Below are positions 35,163 to 39,542 of a stretch of 39,542 bases of DNA, piece after piece (positions within the stretch are counted from its first letter, which is position 1; each line of letters starts with the position of its first letter). The notes below the pieces were generated by a model. It was not told where the DNA came from and did no database searches. It saw only the letters and a list, made by a program, of their open reading frames with translations. Source of the stretch: Rozella allomycis CSF55 (taxonomy: Eukaryota); assembly GCA_000442015.1 (NCBI GenBank), contig KE561185.1, positions 1-39,542 of the forward strand, given 5' to 3'. Both the position numbers and the translations under genes were made by a program.

Positions 35163-37488
35163 TTATTGACAAGAATTAAAACGAGCCAAAACGATGATTA
35201 GAAGAAGAATTTGTAGAATAAATGAAGATTTAATAATGCCTAGTTGTGATAAAGTTTGAATGTTACCTGGATAATGAATTTGGTTGTGAATGTTGACAAT
35301 TAAATTGATTGGAGATTCCTTTTTACATGCTAACAGTTCTTTTAAGATAATACTTGATTCTGTAATTGTCTCTTTAGGTTCTCTTTGTTTAACTTTTTCA
35401 ATTTCAACTTCTTCAATTTCAACATCTTTGCCTTCGGTTGATTGTTCATTAGAATTGTTAATTTCAATTAATTGTTTAAATATTTGAGCGCCAGCAATTT
35501 GATTCAAATCTTCTTCATCATTTAATGTGCTTTCGTTTGTATGATCACTTGTTTCTATTTCTTCATCAAAGTCAGTTTCGNNNNNNNNNNNNNNNNNNNN
35601 NNNNNNNNNNNNNNNNNNNNNNNNNNNNNNNNNNNNNNNNNNNNNNNNNNNNNNNNNNNNNNNNNNNNNNNNNNNNNNNNNNNNNNNNNNNNNNNNNNNN
35701 NNNNNNNNNNNNNNNNNNNNNNNNNNNNNNNNNNNNNNNNNNNNNNNNNNNNNNNNNNNNNNNNNNNNNNNNNNNNNNNNNNNNNNNNNNNNNNNNNNNN
35801 NNNNNNNNNNNNNNNNNNNNNNNNNNNNNNNNGCGCATGCGAGCAAGCAATACTTCATTTCTTTCTAATGTCTCCATAGATAATATTTCCTCTCTCAGAA
35901 CTTTCATTTCAGCTTCACGGTTTATTTGTTTTACCATTTCAAAGTATTTACGAATTTCATCACCCCCAAAATTATTTTCACACGCAACTTTCTCTTCAGC
36001 TTCATGATTAATTTGTTCTAAGTTTTCTAAGCGATTGCGCATGCATGCAAGCAATGCTTGTTCATTTTTTTCTAATGCCTCCATAGCAAATATTTCCTCT
36101 CTCAGAACCTTTATTTGTTGTAACATTTTAAAGTATTTATGCCTTTCATCACTCTTTCGTTGTTTTTCATCAACTTTGTCTTCTTTTATCTCGACTGTCT
36201 TTTCTGCATTACTCGTCTTGGCTATTAGCCCCTCTGGCTCTTTCGCCGACTTTTTGTTTTCTTTCACATTCACACTCGTCTGTTCAATGTTCGCATCCTT
36301 CAATGATGATTTCTTTTCAATTATTTCATCACCTTCAAGCGAATTTGATTGTGAAGCTGAAAGTGACAAAAATTCGTTAAATGAAATTGCATTCTCTTCC
36401 AAATAGATTCCAGAATCTCTAAGTCGTTTATCTTCAAATTCCAGATTGAGTGCCATTTTATCCCAATCTATTTTTTGAAAGAATCGATGCTTTTTTATTT
36501 GTTCAATCGTCAACCTATTTTGAGAATCACAAATCATTTTCTTTATTAAATCAAAAAACACAAGATTAAATTCTTTTGGACAATTTCTAATGATTCCAAC
36601 TTTAATTAAATTTTCCATTGTTTCAGAAAATAATCTTTTTTCTTTCTGCATGAAGATTTGATTTACATTGCGATACGGATACATTTTTTCTCTCGTTTTT
36701 TCTTCACTATCTTTTAAATTGATTAAATTACAGCCATGAAGATGATATAATGTAACACCCAGACTGAAAATGTCTGAACTGGTTGAATAATCAAGTCTTG
36801 ATGGGGTACTCGCAAGCTCAGGGGCTATAAAGAACAAAGTTCCCATCCGTTTAATATCTTCATCCTTCTTCATCACAGAAGCATTAAAATCTATTAATTT
36901 TATTTTTCCATTATCAACCATTATATTCCCGGGCTTGATGTCCCTTGAAATTAATCTTGCAGCTTTCAAATGCTCCAACGCTAAAACGCATTTTGCTGCT
37001 ATCTCTCTTATTTTATCCAAGTCAAATGTGTAATTTATCTTAAAATGCTCCAAGAAATTCTCTTTATCTACTGGATCATATTGATTCGCAAACGATCCCA
37101 AATCAAACCCTGGAATATGCTCCATTATAATGAAATATGGCTCATCTACAATCTTCTTTTCTATCAGCTTGGCATTCGTACATATCAGATTTGGAGTAAA
37201 CGGGGAATTCTTCAATAGATCCAACGCTCTAATCTCTGAATAGAATTGCGATATCAACGATTGGTCTTTTTTGTAATCATCTGCGCCGTGGAATACTTTG
37301 GCTGCGTACGTTTGCATCGTCTTCAACCGAAACACATAATGAACACTAATCTTGTATCCTGCGCTCATAATCTTTATAGTGTCAAATTCAGATATTCTGC
37401 ATTCTGGGATTTTGTCAACACTATATTTGACTCCCCTTGTTAAAGTGAAAATGGTCAGAAGGAAGATCCCGAAAACACTTTTTTTCAT
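35163..37488 (-). CDS. signal-peptide-bearing Ser/Thr kinase with coiled-coil repeats and hydrophobic C-terminus (spans N gap 35581-35832)
   Basis: MKKSVFGIFLLTIFTLTRG signal; YAAK, SRDIKPGN, DFN, GTLFFIAPE, DIFSLG, IKKHRFF..IDW; putative C-terminus ...FILQILLLIIVLARFNSCQ beyond the gap. Confidence 0.78.
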
Positions 37489-37646
37489 CTATGGCGCAGC
37501 ATTTCCATCTACGGTCGAAAACGTGTTTCACAAGTTCAAAAATGTGACAATGTTAAGTATTGACTTTATACTACCTATTTTTAGGCCATGTGTATTTTTA
37601 TAAGGACGGCAGGTGGCTTTCCGCTAAATTAGCCACACAAAACAAA

Positions 37647-38594
37647 ATGGCGACCATAGAGTTTTCAGGCTTTCCTCTATATATCAGATATGGCCAAACA
37701 TATAATATCGACTTTAACATCAAAGTAAAAAGAGAAATCAAAGCCGTGCGTCAAATATCGTTGTCCTTGAAGGAGAAATTATGGTTTAGGTATACTCACA
37801 AGTACTCAGACTTGTTAATCGACGAAACTTTTGATATTCTTTCTATTGATCTCAGCTCCTACATCACAAACGAGGGCACCATAAAGGCTGGATGCTATTC
37901 TGGCTGTCTTGTAATAGACACAGTAGAATTGAACCTTCTGTCATGCACCATTCCAAAAACATACTTGAATTTCTGGTCACGATGTATAAACTATGAAACT
38001 CACAATGTCACATATTTCCCGCGCAAATCGGCTAATATGCTGCGAGAAACGTTTATTGATTTCGAAATAGTTAAACGCGGCTGGTTTCGTAGAAATGTTA
38101 GTCAAAAGAGAAAATTATTGATCAAGGAAATTCCAAGTGATTACTTTGCGCCTCTAGAATTACGTGATATGGAACCACACGTAGAATACTTGGAGTCATT
38201 TCCAATGACCGCAACCGTTATATTTGAAAAGAGACAGTTACTCTGTGGATCCACTTTAAGATTTTCTTTAATAATAGAGAATCGATTCCCTGTCGATGCC
38301 AGAATCAAAAAGGTTTGGATTTCCCAAGATACTAGTTTCAAATTTGTCCATCAAGAGCTAACTGATGACGACATCATTTCTGATGATTGTAAGATTAGTC
38401 TCAAAAAGGTGCCTCCAATAAAGCCGAATACAATGCAGGAAGTTAAACTTCAAATGAAGCTTCCAAAGAAATGGTCTTACAGTATCATCAATGGAGATCT
38501 TGTCATGAGGCACTATGGCGTCTACTTTGTTATCGGAACGGAAGATAACGAACGCGACTATTATGCGCCTTTTCAAATTCTTGACGAGATGTAG
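37647..38594 (+). CDS. divergent arrestin-fold-like protein (paralog 1), intronless
   Basis: Two beta-rich halves; G.T....L.IEN......IKK..I.....F; P.I.P.......L..KLP.....SI..G.LV...Y.V pattern resembles Arrestin_C. Confidence 0.5.
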   Translation: MATIEFSGFPLYIRYGQTYNIDFNIKVKREIKAVRQISLSLKEKLWFRYTHKYSDLLIDETFDILSIDLSSYITNEGTIKAGCYSGCLVIDTVELNLLSCTIPKTYLNFWSRCINYETHNVTYFPRKSANMLRETFIDFEIVKRGWFRRNVSQKRKLLIKEIPSDYFAPLELRDMEPHVEYLESFPMTATVIFEKRQLLCGSTLRFSLIIENRFPVDARIKKVWISQDTSFKFVHQELTDDDIISDDCKISLKKVPPIKPNTMQEVKLQMKLPKKWSYSIINGDLVMRHYGVYFVIGTEDNERDYYAPFQILDEM

Positions 38595-38706
38595 ACATTT
38601 CATTTCGTCTAATATCGCGTATTACACTTTTCTACAATATCTGGTAAAAATCCAATAAATCTTAATTTTGAAATTTCGGATTACTAAAAATAGCAGCCAC
38701 CAAAAA

Positions 38707-39542
38707 ATGGCCACCATTGAGTTTTCCAGAGTCCCACTTTATGTCACAAAAGGCCAAACGTACAACATTGATTTTACTATTCATGTAAAAAAAGAAATTA
38801 AAAGTGTCCGCCGAGTGTCAGTTGCGCTACTGGAAAGAGAAAAGTTTAATTTCAAGCACAAGTACGTGCACACAGAAGTGGATGAAACATACGAGCATAC
38901 TCTTATAGACATGAGTGCATATATAACAAACGAGGGAACCCTGAAACCGGGAAGCTATAGCGGAACGCTTACATTTGACACGACGGAATGGAACGATGGA
39001 TCTTGCAGCATTCCAAAAACTGCTCTGAATTACTGGTCGCAATTTATTACCGCGAATATTAATGGATATAGGTATTTTATACGCAAACACGGCAATATTT
39101 TCCGTGAAACATTCCTACACTTTGAAATCGAGAAGCGTGGCACGTTTCGCAAAAACATTCGACATAAACGAGGATTATTGGTCAAAGCATCACTAAACGA
39201 CATGTTTTCGATCACGGAACTGCGCANNNNNNNNNNNNNNNNNNNNNNNNNNNNNNNNNNNNNNNNNATAAATGCAACAGCAGCTTCCTTTCCGATGGTA
39301 GCCTCTGTAAAATTTGAAAAAAGAAATGTTCCGTGTGGATCAACTTTGGTATTTTCTTTGATAATTGAAAATCATTTTCCGATCAAAGCTAAAATTAAGA
39401 AGATTTGGATTTCGCGAGATACTGTTTTCACATTCGTTAACGGTGACAACTTGATATCCGACAAACGTAAAGTAAGTCTAAAGAGAGTGCCGGATATTGG
39501 GCCTAATATTTTGCAGGAATTGAGATTCGAAACAAAGTTGCC
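38707..39542 (+). CDS. tandem paralog of 37647-38594 (partial; N gap 39227-39267, runs off the window)
   Basis: MATIEFSRVPLYVTKGQTYNIDF vs MATIEFSGFPLYIRYGQTYNIDF; YITNEGT, RETF..FEI.KRG and CGSTL.FSLIIEN.FP shared. Confidence 0.75.
   Translation, partial: MATIEFSRVPLYVTKGQTYNIDFTIHVKKEIKSVRRVSVALLEREKFNFKHKYVHTEVDETYEHTLIDMSAYITNEGTLKPGSYSGTLTFDTTEWNDGSCSIPKTALNYWSQFITANINGYRYFIRKHGNIFRETFLHFEIEKRGTFRKNIRHKRGLLVKASLNDMFSITELRXXXXXXXXXXXXXXINATAASFPMVASVKFEKRNVPCGSTLVFSLIIENHFPIKAKIKKIWISRDTVFTFVNGDNLISDKRKVSLKRVPDIGPNILQELRFETKL

Overview
Eukaryotic, AT-rich and extremely gene-dense window with about 29 protein-coding genes. Most are interrupted by very short (~25-32 nt) GT-AG introns and separated by tens of bp. 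The combination of micro-introns, fungal-type housekeeping genes, retained ciliary genes (B9D1, DRC8) and chytrid/giant-virus-style ankyrin arrays suggests an early-diverging zoosporic fungus or relative such as Rozella; this is inference, not verified. Housekeeping genes: proteasome alpha7, SHMT, mitochondrial IF3, Sec24, Prp40-like, M1 aminopeptidase, U2AF large subunit, Ulp1, a CAMK-group kinase, Vta1, a Pho80-type cyclin, RPC25, RPA12, TMEM256, and LAMTOR1-like and Lcl3-like genes. Most notable observations: an animal-type FUT8 core fucosyltransferase with SH3 domain; a PCGF-like RING+RAWUL (PRC1) gene; a kinase with a signal peptide and C-terminal anchor; an F-box-ankyrin tandem array; an orphan Ty1/copia gag fragment; a WW-less Prp40; a recurrent GCCAC motif just upstream of start codons; and divergent gene pairs whose ATGs are only 23-34 bp apart. 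Single 'n' characters and N-runs mark assembly joins, so repeat regions are partly unreliable. Exon structures were deduced by eye.
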